Counted from the stretch's first letter, positions 1-9,816 are shown. The stretch: 64,000 nt of DNA from Aquabacterium sp. (GCF_049317225.1 NZ_JBMOIR010000006.1:44406-108405); one strand, 5' to 3'. The notes: a model not told the origin generated them from the sequence alone. Program-made: numbers and translations.

Positions 1-75
1 CGCCCCACCACCGCCACCACAAGCGGCAAGCAAACTCGCAGAAGCGAGCGAAATCAACCAATTTTTCCAGCTCAT
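1..75 (-). CDS. 5' end of a lipoprotein gene that runs off the window (MSWKNWLISLASASLLAACGGGGGA...)
   Basis: There is an ATG at 73-75 on the minus strand, preceded by AGGGGA about 6 nt upstream. The signal peptide carries the lipobox LLAAC. Only 25 codons are visible. Confidence 0.4.
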   Translation of the reverse strand, partial: MSWKNWLISLASASLLAACGGGGGA

Positions 76-111
76 GCTTTCCCCTAGAAAGGAATCTAGT
101 CGTTCTTCAGA

Positions 112-2304
112 TCAGCGCAGAGAACCCTTGTCCGACACCACCTTGGGTGTCAGGAAGATCAACAGTTCAGAGCGACCAGACGAAGCCGAACGAGTCTTGA
201 ACAGGTTACCCAACACTGGAATATCACCCAACAACGGCACCTTCGTTTCCGTGCTGTTTTCCGTCTGCATGAAAATACCACCGATCACGACCGTGCCGCC
301 GTTCTCCACCAAAACCTGGGTTTGAACGTGCTTGGTGTCAATGGCGTAACCCGCTGTCGTGATCTGGCCAACGCTGTCCTTGGTCACATCCACATCCAGA
401 ATCACACTTCCCTCAGGAGTGATCTGTGGTGTCACCTCCAACTTCATGTTCGCCTTGCGGAAGGCGATGGCTGTCGCACCAGACGAGGTCGCAGTTTGAT
501 AGGGCAACTCGGTACCTTGCTCAATCAAGGCCTTCACTTGGTCTGCCGTGATCACTCGTGGACTCGAGATGATCTTGCCTTTGCCATCCGCCTCCAGTGC
601 CGACAACTCCAAGTTCAGGAAACGGTTGGAATTGGCACCGAACAACGACAGCGCAATGGAGGACGCCGTGTAGCCATTGATACCTGACGCGGGCAAGTTC
701 ACAAAGTAACTGTTAGGCGTGTAACTGCCCGAAGTCTGAGTGGCTTGCAAGGTTTGTTCACCGACACCTTGATAAGTACCGGTGATCGCCACGCGGTTGT
801 CACCACCGACACCAAATCCAGGCGTACCGCCACGGAGACCACGCAAGTCAACAGCCCCCAACTTAACGCCCAAATTGCGGCCAAACGTATCAGTCGCCTC
901 CACAATCCGAGCCTCAATCAACACCTGACGAACAGGAATGTCGATCTTCGAGATCATCTGCTGAACTTCTTCCAACTTCGATGGAATGTCGTTCACGAAC
1001 AGTTGATTCGTACGAGTCTCATAAATCACCGTGCCGCGTGGCGACAGAATGCGGGTTTTGGACCCTGCACTGCCCCCACTGCTGTCACCCGTCAGCCCCT
1101 TGGCGATGTCTTCCGCCTTGGTGTAGTTCAACTGGAATGACTGTGTACGCAACGGCTCCAAGGCCGCGACTTGGGCCTTCGCCTCCAGATCAAGCTTTTC
1201 CTTGGTGTTGATCTCGTCCTTCGGCGCAATCCACAACACGTTGCCGGACTTGCGAACGCCCAAGCCCTTTGCCTGAAGAATGATGTCCAGCGCCTGATCC
1301 CACGGCACATCCTTGAGCCGCAAGGTCACGTTACCTGTCACGGTATCGCTGGTAACCACATTGAAGTTGGTGAAGTCAGCGATGACTTGCAGCAAAGCAC
1401 GAACTTCGATGTTCTGGAAGTTCAACGACAGTTTCTCGCCCGCATAGCCAGGCCCCTGCGTCAGCTTGTTGGGGTCTTGCTTGCGAGGTCGAACCTCCAA
1501 GACGAACTGGTTGTCGCTCTGGTAAGCAGAATGCTCCCAGTCCCCCTTGGGCGAGACTAGCAACTTGACCTTTTCGCCGGCTTGTTCGGCCGTCACCGTC
1601 TGCACCGGCGTTCCGAAATCGGTCACGTCAAAACGGCGCTTCAGACGCTCAGGCAAGCTTGCGCGCAAGAACTCCACCACCAGGTTTTGTCCCTGCTGTT
1701 TGATATCCACGCCCACTTGACTGTTCGGCAATTCAACAACGACGCGCCCCGAACCATCTTGTCCACGACGGAAATCCAAGTCCTTCAGCGCCATCGTGCT
1801 GACATTCTTGTTTTCGGCGAAGTGAACCGTATCCTCTTTAACTGGCTTCTTCGCTGTCACCGCAGCAACTTGCTGAACGGCTTCTGGCGCGGTACCCGAT
1901 GCTGGATCAAGGACCAACAGAAGCGACTTGCCCTGCAATTGAGCCCGGTAAGTCGTTGCCTGCTTCAGGCTCAACACCAAACGGGTGCGATCGCCGCCTT
2001 GCGCGACGTTGACCGTTCGGACATTACCTTGGTTGACCTCAACCATGTTGCGTGGCAGGTTGCTGCTCACGCCAGGCAAGTCAATGGCGATACGAGGAGG
2101 CGTCTGCACCACGAAGCCTGCCGGCACAGATGCCAGGGGCTCGGACAACTCAATGCGAATCACCTCGCCATTGCCCTGCTGCCCGCTGGTGATCGCTTCG
2201 ATGGCGGCAGCAGCCCAAGTCAGGGACGAGACCATGGCCAAAGACAGGCCAGTCATCGCAACACGCCACGATTTCATATTCATAGTCTCCAGCTTCGTCT
2301 TCAT
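112..2304 (-). CDS. pilQ: Type IV pilus secretin PilQ
   Basis: The C-terminal secretin domain is present (...VPLLGDIPVLGNLFKTR...) and the gene is last in pilMNOPQ order. I chose the ATG at 2304, which overlaps the pilP stop as ATGA. Alternative ATGs lie at 2283 and 2277; the track ORF extends to 2349. Confidence 0.9.
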   Translation of the reverse strand: MKTKLETMNMKSWRVAMTGLSLAMVSSLTWAAAAIEAITSGQQGNGEVIRIELSEPLASVPAGFVVQTPPRIAIDLPGVSSNLPRNMVEVNQGNVRTVNVAQGGDRTRLVLSLKQATTYRAQLQGKSLLLVLDPASGTAPEAVQQVAAVTAKKPVKEDTVHFAENKNVSTMALKDLDFRRGQDGSGRVVVELPNSQVGVDIKQQGQNLVVEFLRASLPERLKRRFDVTDFGTPVQTVTAEQAGEKVKLLVSPKGDWEHSAYQSDNQFVLEVRPRKQDPNKLTQGPGYAGEKLSLNFQNIEVRALLQVIADFTNFNVVTSDTVTGNVTLRLKDVPWDQALDIILQAKGLGVRKSGNVLWIAPKDEINTKEKLDLEAKAQVAALEPLRTQSFQLNYTKAEDIAKGLTGDSSGGSAGSKTRILSPRGTVIYETRTNQLFVNDIPSKLEEVQQMISKIDIPVRQVLIEARIVEATDTFGRNLGVKLGAVDLRGLRGGTPGFGVGGDNRVAITGTYQGVGEQTLQATQTSGSYTPNSYFVNLPASGINGYTASSIALSLFGANSNRFLNLELSALEADGKGKIISSPRVITADQVKALIEQGTELPYQTATSSGATAIAFRKANMKLEVTPQITPEGSVILDVDVTKDSVGQITTAGYAIDTKHVQTQVLVENGGTVVIGGIFMQTENSTETKVPLLGDIPVLGNLFKTRSASSGRSELLIFLTPKVVSDKGSLR

Positions 2305-2831
2305 CGTCCACCCTCCTGCAACTGCAGGGTGGTTGGACGTTCGATCCATTCGCCTGCTGCGTCTTGCACGATCTCGCGCAATGAGATTTCAGTTTCGGTG
2401 ATCTTCAGGATCTTCCCGTAATTCTGCCCAAGGTAGTCCCCCACCTTGACCTGATAAAGCAAGTTATCGACCTTCAACAAGGCGTAAGGCAGTCCCTTGC
2501 GCGCCACACTGCCAACCATCGTCATGGCGTCGAGCGGGAAGGCCTCCAGAGGCTCCTTACGACGGTTCAACTCTGCAGCCACGGCGGAGTTGGGTTGTCG
2601 CGCCTCTTGGCGCAATGCGCCCGACAGCTTTTGGGTACTGAAGGGCTCAGAGCCCTCCATGCCCGCATACGCCTGAGGGTGGAACTTCTGCGGTGGAGAC
2701 AACGGTTGCACAGTCGGCTGAGCCTCGTGCCGTTGCTGATCCATCCATGCCTGCAACTCATCCTGCTCGCCACTACAGGCGCCCAGAGTTACCGCTGCAA
2801 TCAAGGCAACGCAATGAGCTTTACGCATCAT
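2301..2831 (-). CDS. pilP: Type IV pilus assembly lipoprotein PilP
   Basis: The 176-aa product has the lipobox TLGAC near its N-terminus and sits between pilO and pilQ. Its start overlaps the pilO stop as ATGA. Confidence 0.85.
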   Translation of the reverse strand: MMRKAHCVALIAAVTLGACSGEQDELQAWMDQQRHEAQPTVQPLSPPQKFHPQAYAGMEGSEPFSTQKLSGALRQEARQPNSAVAAELNRRKEPLEAFPLDAMTMVGSVARKGLPYALLKVDNLLYQVKVGDYLGQNYGKILKITETEISLREIVQDAAGEWIERPTTLQLQEGGR

Positions 2832-3517
2832 TTCTTGTTCCCTTTCTTGGACTTATCCTTGTCCGAACGCATCGCATCAACCTCTGCTGGATCCAAGTAG
2901 CGATAGGTCCGCGCAGTCGCCTCCATGTACAACTGCCCGGAAGTGTCTTTCGCGTTGATGTTGGCGATCTGCAAGTTATGCAAGGTCACGATGCGCGACA
3001 GATTGGCGATATCGCCGGTAAAAGCACCGATGTCGTGATACCGCCCCGTGACACGGATCGAGATTGGCAACTCGGCGTAGTAATCCTTGACGACCACTTG
3101 TCCCGGACGGAACAAATCGAAATCCAAGCCGCGCCCCAACCCTGCCTGGTTGATATCAGAGAGCAACGCATCCATCTCGGCCTTACCCGGCAACTGCTTT
3201 TCCAGTTGTTTCACGTACTCTTCAACCTGAATCCGCTGCTTGCGCAACTCGCCCAAGTTGATGGCTTGAGCAACCTTGGAGCGGTACTCCTCCTTCAGTT
3301 GAGGCTCTTTGTCTCGCTCGGATTGCAACTCGTCACTCTGCCCCGACAACAACAGAGTCCAAGCTATGGCAAGCACTGCCAAAGCAGCAAACAAGAATGC
3401 GGCCAGCTTTGGAAGAATCGGCCACTGCCCCGGTTCGTTGGGATTCAGCCCCTGAAACTGAGACTGTGCTTGCTCAAACAGAGCATTCAGGTCGATATTC
3501 AAATTTGGATTAGCCAT
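2828..3517 (-). CDS. pilO: Type IV pilus assembly protein PilO
   Basis: It has a single N-terminal TM helix followed by a coiled coil and sits in the pilMNOPQ context. I chose the ATG at 3517, which has GAGG upstream; the track ORF begins at a TTG at 3529. Confidence 0.85.
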   Translation of the reverse strand: MANPNLNIDLNALFEQAQSQFQGLNPNEPGQWPILPKLAAFLFAALAVLAIAWTLLLSGQSDELQSERDKEPQLKEEYRSKVAQAINLGELRKQRIQVEEYVKQLEKQLPGKAEMDALLSDINQAGLGRGLDFDLFRPGQVVVKDYYAELPISIRVTGRYHDIGAFTGDIANLSRIVTLHNLQIANINAKDTSGQLYMEATARTYRYLDPAEVDAMRSDKDKSKKGNKK

Positions 3518-3525
3518 ATCAAACC

Positions 3526-4188
3526 TCAAGGCAGACTCGCTGCAGGGGCAGCAGGTTTGGGCGCAGAGGCCGTTGGGACCTGCTTGGCAGCGCCACTTGC
3601 TGCAGAGGCCGCAGCCGAGACATCCTGAGGCCGCTTGAGTCCAACCTTGACGGAAAACTCAAACAGACGCTTGTTGTCTCGTGCATCCTTGGCATTGGAA
3701 ACCTGCGCTTTGATCTCTTGAAGTTCCGGGTGCTCCAGCCACTCCGAATTGGTGTTCGTGTTCCGCAAAAACTCCGACACTCGCTCGTTGGACTGAGCGA
3801 CCCCGGAAACCATCACGCTTTGCCCATCTTGTTTGACAGCCGTCAGATAGATGCCTTCCGGCGTCTGGCGCACCAACTCATTGAGCAAATAGACAGGCAT
3901 GTTGCGGTCAGTCTGGAGATCTTCCACAGCACGCTGACGAGCCTTCAACGCCTCGATTTCACCCTTCAAGGTCGAAACGTCTTTGATTTCCTCGTCCAAC
4001 TTCTTGTTCGCCGCCACCAAAAACGCATTGCGCTCCTGCTGCGCGGAAATCATCTGCTGCTGGACCCCGTACCAGAGTGCAGCAATCACTGCTCCTGCCA
4101 CAACAGAAATGCCCAACCCGACAAAAAAGGCCTGCTTACGCAGCCGACGCTTTTCTTCGCGGTGGGGCAGAAGGTTAATCAAAATCAT
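3526..4188 (-). CDS. pilN: Type IV pilus assembly protein PilN
   Basis: The conserved N-terminus is MILINLLPHREEKR. The ATG at 4188 overlaps the pilM stop as ATGA. The C-terminal tail is Ala/Pro-rich. Confidence 0.85.
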   Translation of the reverse strand: MILINLLPHREEKRRLRKQAFFVGLGISVVAGAVIAALWYGVQQQMISAQQERNAFLVAANKKLDEEIKDVSTLKGEIEALKARQRAVEDLQTDRNMPVYLLNELVRQTPEGIYLTAVKQDGQSVMVSGVAQSNERVSEFLRNTNTNSEWLEHPELQEIKAQVSNAKDARDNKRLFEFSVKVGLKRPQDVSAAASAASGAAKQVPTASAPKPAAPAASLP

Positions 4189-5276
4189 GCGAGGAACCTC
4201 CGCATGGCCAAGCCACAAGCGGTTAGATAAGACGGCGACTCACGACGCAACTTACTCTCACGCACAGCAGAACCAAGCTTCATGCCTTCGAATGGATTCA
4301 CTACCATGGCAGCAAACCCGGTCAGTTCTGTCACGCGGTCCTTGAGGCCAGGCAAAGCTGCCGTGCCACCGGCCAGCATGACGTAATGAACCTTGTGGTG
4401 GGGGGTGCTGGTAAAGAAGTACTGCAGTGCACGCCCGATTTCCTGAGACAAGCTGTCAACAAATGGACTCAGGATCGTTGACTGGTAGTCTTCTGGCAGA
4501 TCGCCGTTGAGCTTCTTGGCTTCTGCCTCCTCAAACGAGAAACCGTACTGTCGAGAAATCAGTTGCGTCAATTGAGCGCCACCAAACGCCTGATCGCGGT
4601 CGTACAAGAGTTCGTCGTCTCGCAACACTTTCAAGCTGGTGTTCTCAGCACCAATCTCGAACAGCGCGATCAACGCATCCTTCCCTTCGCCAGGCAAGGT
4701 CTCCACCAGTCGACGCACAGCCAATCGTGATGCATAAGACTCGATGTCCAATACAGCAGGCTTCAGCCCAGCTGCTTCTGCCAACGCCTGTCTATCCTGA
4801 ACCCGATCCTTACGTGAGGCGGCAATCATCACCTCGACATCACCGGCAGATGTCGGGCTCGGCCCCGCGACACAGAAATCCAGACAAACCTCGTCTAGTG
4901 AGAAAGGGATGTACTGGTTGGCTTCCGCCTCCACTTGCATCTCCATCTCTTCTTCGCGCAAGCCTGCAGGCAGCATGATCTTTTTGGTGATCACTGCCGA
5001 CTGAGGCATCGCCATGGCGACCTGCTTGGTCTTCACGCCACTCTTGGCAACGACCTTGCGAACAGCCTCAGCCACTTCGTCGAATTTTTCGATCTGGCCG
5101 TCAGCGATCCAGCCCTTCTCGAAGGGCTCAGAAGCGAATCGATCCAATACATATTCGCCAGACGCAGTCTGGCTCAATTCGACCAGCTTCACGCTCGATG
5201 AACTGATATCCAGTCCGATCATTGGCGGATGCTTGCGGCCCAAGAGCGTGTCAAGAAAGCTCACACCGTCCTCCAT
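4185..5276 (-). CDS. pilM: Type IV pilus assembly ATPase-like (actin fold) protein PilM
   Basis: The GLDISSSSVKLVEL motif is present and the 363-aa product is the first gene of pilMNOPQ, divergent from PBP1A as in many proteobacteria. Confidence 0.9.
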   Translation of the reverse strand: MEDGVSFLDTLLGRKHPPMIGLDISSSSVKLVELSQTASGEYVLDRFASEPFEKGWIADGQIEKFDEVAEAVRKVVAKSGVKTKQVAMAMPQSAVITKKIMLPAGLREEEMEMQVEAEANQYIPFSLDEVCLDFCVAGPSPTSAGDVEVMIAASRKDRVQDRQALAEAAGLKPAVLDIESYASRLAVRRLVETLPGEGKDALIALFEIGAENTSLKVLRDDELLYDRDQAFGGAQLTQLISRQYGFSFEEAEAKKLNGDLPEDYQSTILSPFVDSLSQEIGRALQYFFTSTPHHKVHYVMLAGGTAALPGLKDRVTELTGFAAMVVNPFEGMKLGSAVRESKLRRESPSYLTACGLAMRRFLA

Positions 5277-5474
5277 GCGCCGTCCCTGACGCTGGAAAGT
5301 TAATAAACCACTTCAATGCTATCAGCAAAGGTTTTGACAATGAAAGGCGTTAATGCAGGAGAAATCCCAAGCTCGTTGCGCCTTGCACACGCCTTACAGA
5401 CAGTTGCAATTGAGCGACATTTGTGCCACACGTCTATGCGTACCCTGGTCAAAACGGGGCTGGGCTTAGGTTTC

Positions 5475-5480
5475 TATAAT
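5475..5480 (+). promoter_or_regulatory. Candidate -10 box (TATAAT) for mrcA
   Basis: A perfect TATAAT lies 27 nt upstream of the mrcA ATG within the context CTATAATCTCCGC. I found no convincing -35 element. Confidence 0.3.
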
Positions 5481-5506
5481 CTCCGCACCATCCTGCCGCC
5501 CTCCCC

Positions 5507-7924
5507 ATGAGCGATTCTGAACAACAAGCATCCCCCCCCACCCCTGCCCCCGAACGCGCTCAGCGCGCCCAGCGTGCATGGTGGTGGACATGGATCATCA
5601 AACCCGTGTTGGTGCTGGGCGGGCTTGGTATTGCCGGCGTTTTTGCCGGCGTGTGTCTGGCTGCGATTGGCTTGGCTGTGGCGTACCCGAATCTGCCAGA
5701 GGTGACAGGCCTGGCCGACTATCAGCCAAAGATGCCGCTACGTGTCTACTCCAGCGAGCAAGTCCTGATCGGGGAGTTCGGAGAAGAGCGTCGCCAGTTT
5801 TTGCCGATCGCAGAAATCCCCAAAGTGATGCGCGACGCCGTACTGGCGATCGAAGACGCGCGTTTTTATAAACACGGTGGGGTCGATTACGTGGGGGTAA
5901 TTCGCGCCGGTTTGGCTAATTTCGGCGAGTCACGGAGTCAGGGCGCATCGACGATCACGATGCAGGTGGCGCGAAATTTCTACCTCCCAACGGAGAAAAC
6001 TTTCACCCGCAAGATCTACGAAATTCTGCTCGCGCTCAAGATCGAAAGCCTGCTCAGCAAGGACCAGATTCTTGAGTTGTACATGAATCAGATCTACCTT
6101 GGACAGCGTGCCTATGGATTTGCAGCGGCCAGCGACACTTATTTTGGCAAGCCGCTCAAGGATATTTCCGTGGCTGAGGCGGCCATGCTCGCGGGGCTAC
6201 CCAAGGCCCCCTCAGCCTACAACCCAGTCCGAAACCCGAAGCGCGCAACGATCCGGCAGCAATACATCATTGATCGCATGTATGAGAACGGCTTCATCAA
6301 CGCTGAACAGCGAGAGGCAGCCAAGGCCGAAGTCCTTCACTATCGGACCAAGGCCCCTATTGCCATTGAAGCAGCGTATGTCGCTGAGGCTGCACGCCTG
6401 CTCATGCACGAGCAATACGGCGCCGATGCCTATACCCGCGGCATCAATGCCTACACATCCGTCAACATGACGGAACAAGTCGCTGCGTACAAGGCGCTTC
6501 GAAAAGGCTTGCTGGATTTCGACCGCCGTCAATCCTGGCGGGGCCCCGAGGCCTATGTTGACCTGCCGGATGATCCCCATCAAATGGATGTTCGCATCGC
6601 TGAGGCCTTGGAGGATCACCCGGACAGTGAAGACATTCGCGCAGCCATCGTCACGCGCGCAGAACCGAAGCAACTGGTTGCTGTGCTTCAGTCTGGAGAA
6701 CAGCTGATCATCGGTGCGGAAGGCCTGAAACTTGTAGGCAACGCCCTGACCGAAAAGGCGACACCGAAGCAACAGATTCGCCGAGGTGCTGTGATCCGTG
6801 TTCTGAAGGACAAAGATGACCGCTGGTCGGTGGTTCAACTGCCGCAAGTTGAGGGGGCTTTTGTTTCTTTGGACCCTCAGACTGGACTCATTCGCGCACT
6901 GGTGGGCGGATTTGACTTTGACCGCAACAAGTTCAACCACGTCACTCAGGCTTGGAGACAACCTGGGTCCAGCTTCAAGCCTTTCATTTACTCCTCTGCG
7001 CTGGAAAAGGGCTTCACACCCGCCACCGTGGTCAATGATGCCCCACTGTTCTTCGATGCCGGCACGACCGGCAGCCAAGCGTGGGAGCCCAAAAACTACG
7101 ACGGCAAATTTGAGGGCCCCATGACGCTGCGCCGTGGTTTGGCCAAGTCCAAAAACATGATTTCCATTCGCGTGCTGCGCTCAGTCGGCGCCAAATATGC
7201 GCAAGACTGGATTACTCGTTTTGGTTTCGATGCAGACAAGCATCCTGCATACCTGACCATGGCACTAGGGGCTGGTTCCGTGACACCCTTGCAGATGGCC
7301 GGGGCTTATGCCGTGTTTGCGAACGGCGGCTATCGCGTGAACCCTCAGTTGGTCTTGAAAGTCACAGACAACCGGGGCCACACGCTGGTCAGCTACCGCC
7401 CGACACCTCTGGACGAAAGCATGCGCACCATTGATGCGCGCAATGCATTTGTGATGAGCAGCTTGCTGCAGGAAGTGACGCGATCTGGCACCGCTGCCCG
7501 GGCACAAGCCACCCTCAAACGCCCCGATCTTTACGGCAAAACGGGCACGACCAACGACTCCATGGATGCATGGTTCGCAGGCTACACCGCGCACAACGTC
7601 GCGGTGGTCTGGATTGGCCACGACCAGCCCAGAAAACTTGGGGACAAAGAAACCGGTGGTGGCTTGGCGCTGCCCGTCTGGATTGATTTCATGGCCACAG
7701 CCTTGCGCAATGCGCCCGTCGAAGAGCCGACGCCACCTGAAGGGGTGGTCAATATTGGTGGCGAGTGGTTTTACGAAGAGTACACATCCGGCACGGGTGT
7801 CCGCGAGTTAGGGCCTGAAACCGGCGAAGGCACCCACCCGGCGCCAGCACCGACCACCGATGCCGAGAAAAAAGGCATTCTGGATCTGTTTGGCGACAAG
7901 CCGCCTCACGGCGGTACGCACTGA
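5507..7924 (+). CDS. mrcA: Penicillin-binding protein 1A (bifunctional glycosyltransferase/transpeptidase)
   Basis: The glycosyltransferase motifs (EDARFYKHGGVD, RKIYE) and the transpeptidase motifs (SSFKP, KTGTTN) are both present in the 805-aa product. Confidence 0.92.
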   Translation: MSDSEQQASPPTPAPERAQRAQRAWWWTWIIKPVLVLGGLGIAGVFAGVCLAAIGLAVAYPNLPEVTGLADYQPKMPLRVYSSEQVLIGEFGEERRQFLPIAEIPKVMRDAVLAIEDARFYKHGGVDYVGVIRAGLANFGESRSQGASTITMQVARNFYLPTEKTFTRKIYEILLALKIESLLSKDQILELYMNQIYLGQRAYGFAAASDTYFGKPLKDISVAEAAMLAGLPKAPSAYNPVRNPKRATIRQQYIIDRMYENGFINAEQREAAKAEVLHYRTKAPIAIEAAYVAEAARLLMHEQYGADAYTRGINAYTSVNMTEQVAAYKALRKGLLDFDRRQSWRGPEAYVDLPDDPHQMDVRIAEALEDHPDSEDIRAAIVTRAEPKQLVAVLQSGEQLIIGAEGLKLVGNALTEKATPKQQIRRGAVIRVLKDKDDRWSVVQLPQVEGAFVSLDPQTGLIRALVGGFDFDRNKFNHVTQAWRQPGSSFKPFIYSSALEKGFTPATVVNDAPLFFDAGTTGSQAWEPKNYDGKFEGPMTLRRGLAKSKNMISIRVLRSVGAKYAQDWITRFGFDADKHPAYLTMALGAGSVTPLQMAGAYAVFANGGYRVNPQLVLKVTDNRGHTLVSYRPTPLDESMRTIDARNAFVMSSLLQEVTRSGTAARAQATLKRPDLYGKTGTTNDSMDAWFAGYTAHNVAVVWIGHDQPRKLGDKETGGGLALPVWIDFMATALRNAPVEEPTPPEGVVNIGGEWFYEEYTSGTGVRELGPETGEGTHPAPAPTTDAEKKGILDLFGDKPPHGGTH

Positions 7925-7935
7925 TTGGTAGTCAC

Positions 7936-8289
7936 TTAGAACGTCAACGGAGTCTGCGCTTGCTCCGTGGCACACGCAGACAGAACGGCAAAGAATTCCT
8001 CACCCGTTTTGGTGTCCATCCAGCGCCCATCGATGCCCAAACGGAAATGAAAGCCGCCCTTGCGCGCAGCAAGCCACAATTCGTGCAATGGCGGCTGGGC
8101 ATTCACGATCAACTGCGAACGGTTTGGCATCGACAGCGTCAGCATGCCTCCGGTGCGCGCAGCATCGATGTCCGCCACATCGTCTTCCAGCCACTTGTCC
8201 ACCGTTTGCTCAATGCGCGCCAAAGCGTCTCGGATCGCGGCATCGTATTGCGCGTCACTCAAACCGGAGGGCGTGGCAACTGTGGACAT
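7936..8289 (-). CDS. cyaY: Frataxin-like iron donor CyaY
   Basis: Only the C-terminal 117 aa of the 216-aa track ORF look like CyaY (MSTVATPSGLSDAQYD...LWLAARKGGFHF...). The internal ATG lies at 8287-8289. Confidence 0.85.
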   Translation of the reverse strand: MSTVATPSGLSDAQYDAAIRDALARIEQTVDKWLEDDVADIDAARTGGMLTLSMPNRSQLIVNAQPPLHELWLAARKGGFHFRLGIDGRWMDTKTGEEFFAVLSACATEQAQTPLTF

Positions 8290-8312
8290 CTGAGCTTCCT
8301 TAGAATGTGGGG

Positions 8313-8465
8313 ATGAATCGCAAGCCGACAATTTTACGAGCCCTGCTGACCGCAGCCTACGTGCTGGCAATTGCCCTTCACGCCGGCTGTGGCATGAAGG
8401 GGCCGCTGTATCTGCCCGCCCCCGCTCAAGCGGCCTCGCAACCCCAAAATACCTCTGCACGATGA
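8313..8465 (+). CDS. lptM: Small lipoprotein LptM/YifL family (50 aa, below the ORF-track cutoff)
   Basis: My own translation is MNRKPTILRALLTAAYVLAIALHAGCGMKGPLYLPAPAQAASQPQNTSAR. The lipobox plus GCGxKGPLY(L/F)P signature matches E. coli YifL/LptM. The gene lies between cyaY and lysA, and its stop overlaps the lysA ATG as ATGA. Confidence 0.75.
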   Translation: MNRKPTILRALLTAAYVLAIALHAGCGMKGPLYLPAPAQAASQPQNTSAR

Positions 8466-9733
8466 CGCTCCCCGGCTCCCCCTTTTTCGCCTTCAAAGAC
8501 CAGGACCTGTACCTTGACGACGTGCGCTTGCGCGATTTGACGCAGCAATACGGCACACCGCTGTATGTGTACTCGCGCAAGGCCATGCTGGCAGCACTGG
8601 CGCCCTATCAACAGGCGCTGGCTGGGCGACAACACTTGGTGTGCTTCGCGGTCAAGTCCAACTCCAACATCGCTGTACTGCAAACATTTGCGCAAGCGGG
8701 ATGTGGATTCGACATCGTTTCGGGCGGTGAGTTGGCTCGTGTACTCGCCGCTGGCGGTGACGCCTCCAAGGTTGTTTTCTCGGGCGTTGGCAAGACGCGT
8801 GCTGAGATGCGCCTGGCATTGGATGCTGGCGTGCGCTGCTTCAATGTCGAGAGCACTGCTGAACTTGAAGTGCTTTCACAGGTGGCATCTGAACTGGGCA
8901 AGACGGCGCGCGTGAGCCTGCGCGTCAATCCAGACGTCGATGCTGGCACGCACCCCTACATCTCGACAGGCTTGAAAGGCAACAAGTTTGGTGTGGCGCA
9001 TGAACAGGCCATCAACACCTACAAGCGTGCTGCAGCATTGCCGGGCATTGAAGTGACGGGCATTGACTGCCACATCGGCTCGCAAATCACCGAAGTTGCC
9101 CCCTACCTGGATGCGCTGGACCGCGTTCTGGATCTCGTTGAGGCCATCGAAACGGCTGGGGTTCCCATTCACCACCTCGACCTGGGCGGCGGCCTCGGCA
9201 TCACCTACACCGACGAGACACCGCCCGGCGCAGATGAGCTGATCAAGCAATTGCTGGCGAAGATTGATGCGCGTGGTCATGGCCATCGAGAACTGGTGTT
9301 CGAACCCGGTCGCTCGTTGGTGGGTAATGCTGGTGTGTTGCTGACGGAAGTCATGTTCTTGAAGCCCGGCGAGAAGAAAAACTTCTGCATCGTCGATGCG
9401 GCCATGAATGACCTGATGCGCCCCGCGCTGTATGAGGCCTACATGGGCATTGTGAATACCCATCAGCGCGAGGGTGCCCCTGAAGTTTGGGACGTCGTCG
9501 GCCCGGTTTGTGAGTCCGGTGACTGGCTGGGGCGCGATCGCAGCTTGACCGTGCAGCCCGGTGATGTGCTGGCCGTGATGTCAGCCGGTGCATATGGCAT
9601 GACCATGGCCAGCAACTACAACACGCGTGGCCGTGCAGCCGAGTTGATGGTCGATGGGAACCTGGTTTGGTTGATCCGCGAGCGCGAATCTGTCGACGCA
9701 CTGTTTGCGCTGGAAAAACTGATCAAGAACTGA
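8462..9733 (+). CDS. lysA: Diaminopimelate decarboxylase
   Basis: The 423-aa product has the PLP-binding FAVKSNSN motif and the EPGRSLVGNAG and CESGD motifs. Confidence 0.93.
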   Translation: MTLPGSPFFAFKDQDLYLDDVRLRDLTQQYGTPLYVYSRKAMLAALAPYQQALAGRQHLVCFAVKSNSNIAVLQTFAQAGCGFDIVSGGELARVLAAGGDASKVVFSGVGKTRAEMRLALDAGVRCFNVESTAELEVLSQVASELGKTARVSLRVNPDVDAGTHPYISTGLKGNKFGVAHEQAINTYKRAAALPGIEVTGIDCHIGSQITEVAPYLDALDRVLDLVEAIETAGVPIHHLDLGGGLGITYTDETPPGADELIKQLLAKIDARGHGHRELVFEPGRSLVGNAGVLLTEVMFLKPGEKKNFCIVDAAMNDLMRPALYEAYMGIVNTHQREGAPEVWDVVGPVCESGDWLGRDRSLTVQPGDVLAVMSAGAYGMTMASNYNTRGRAAELMVDGNLVWLIRERESVDALFALEKLIKN

Positions 9734-9759
9734 CGGACCGATCCTTGCTGCAACGCATC

Positions 9760-9787
9760 GCGCCTCCCACGGGAGGCGCTTTTCATT
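9760..9787 (+). terminator. Rho-independent terminator of lysA
   Basis: The hairpin GCGCCTCCC-AC-GGGAGGCGC is followed by TTTTCATT. Confidence 0.7.
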
Positions 9788-9816
9788 GTGCAGGCAGAGT
9801 GTCAAGACGACTGAAT

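Noticed and set aside
7936-8586. The track ORF for cyaY is 216 aa long. Many other track ORFs carry similar long N-terminal extensions (ruvB, both long porins, MCP, yajQ, argG, TetR, LysR, gluQ, the Nudix protein, rplS, rpsP, DUF486, the PurM-like protein, the acyl-CoA synthetase).
   Set aside because: The extensions are Arg/Cys/Ser/Trp-rich, often begin at TTG or GTG, run through promoters, terminators or neighbouring genes, and precede an internal ATG that restores the conserved family N-terminus, usually with a Shine-Dalgarno sequence. I trimmed them rather than treating them as fusion proteins.
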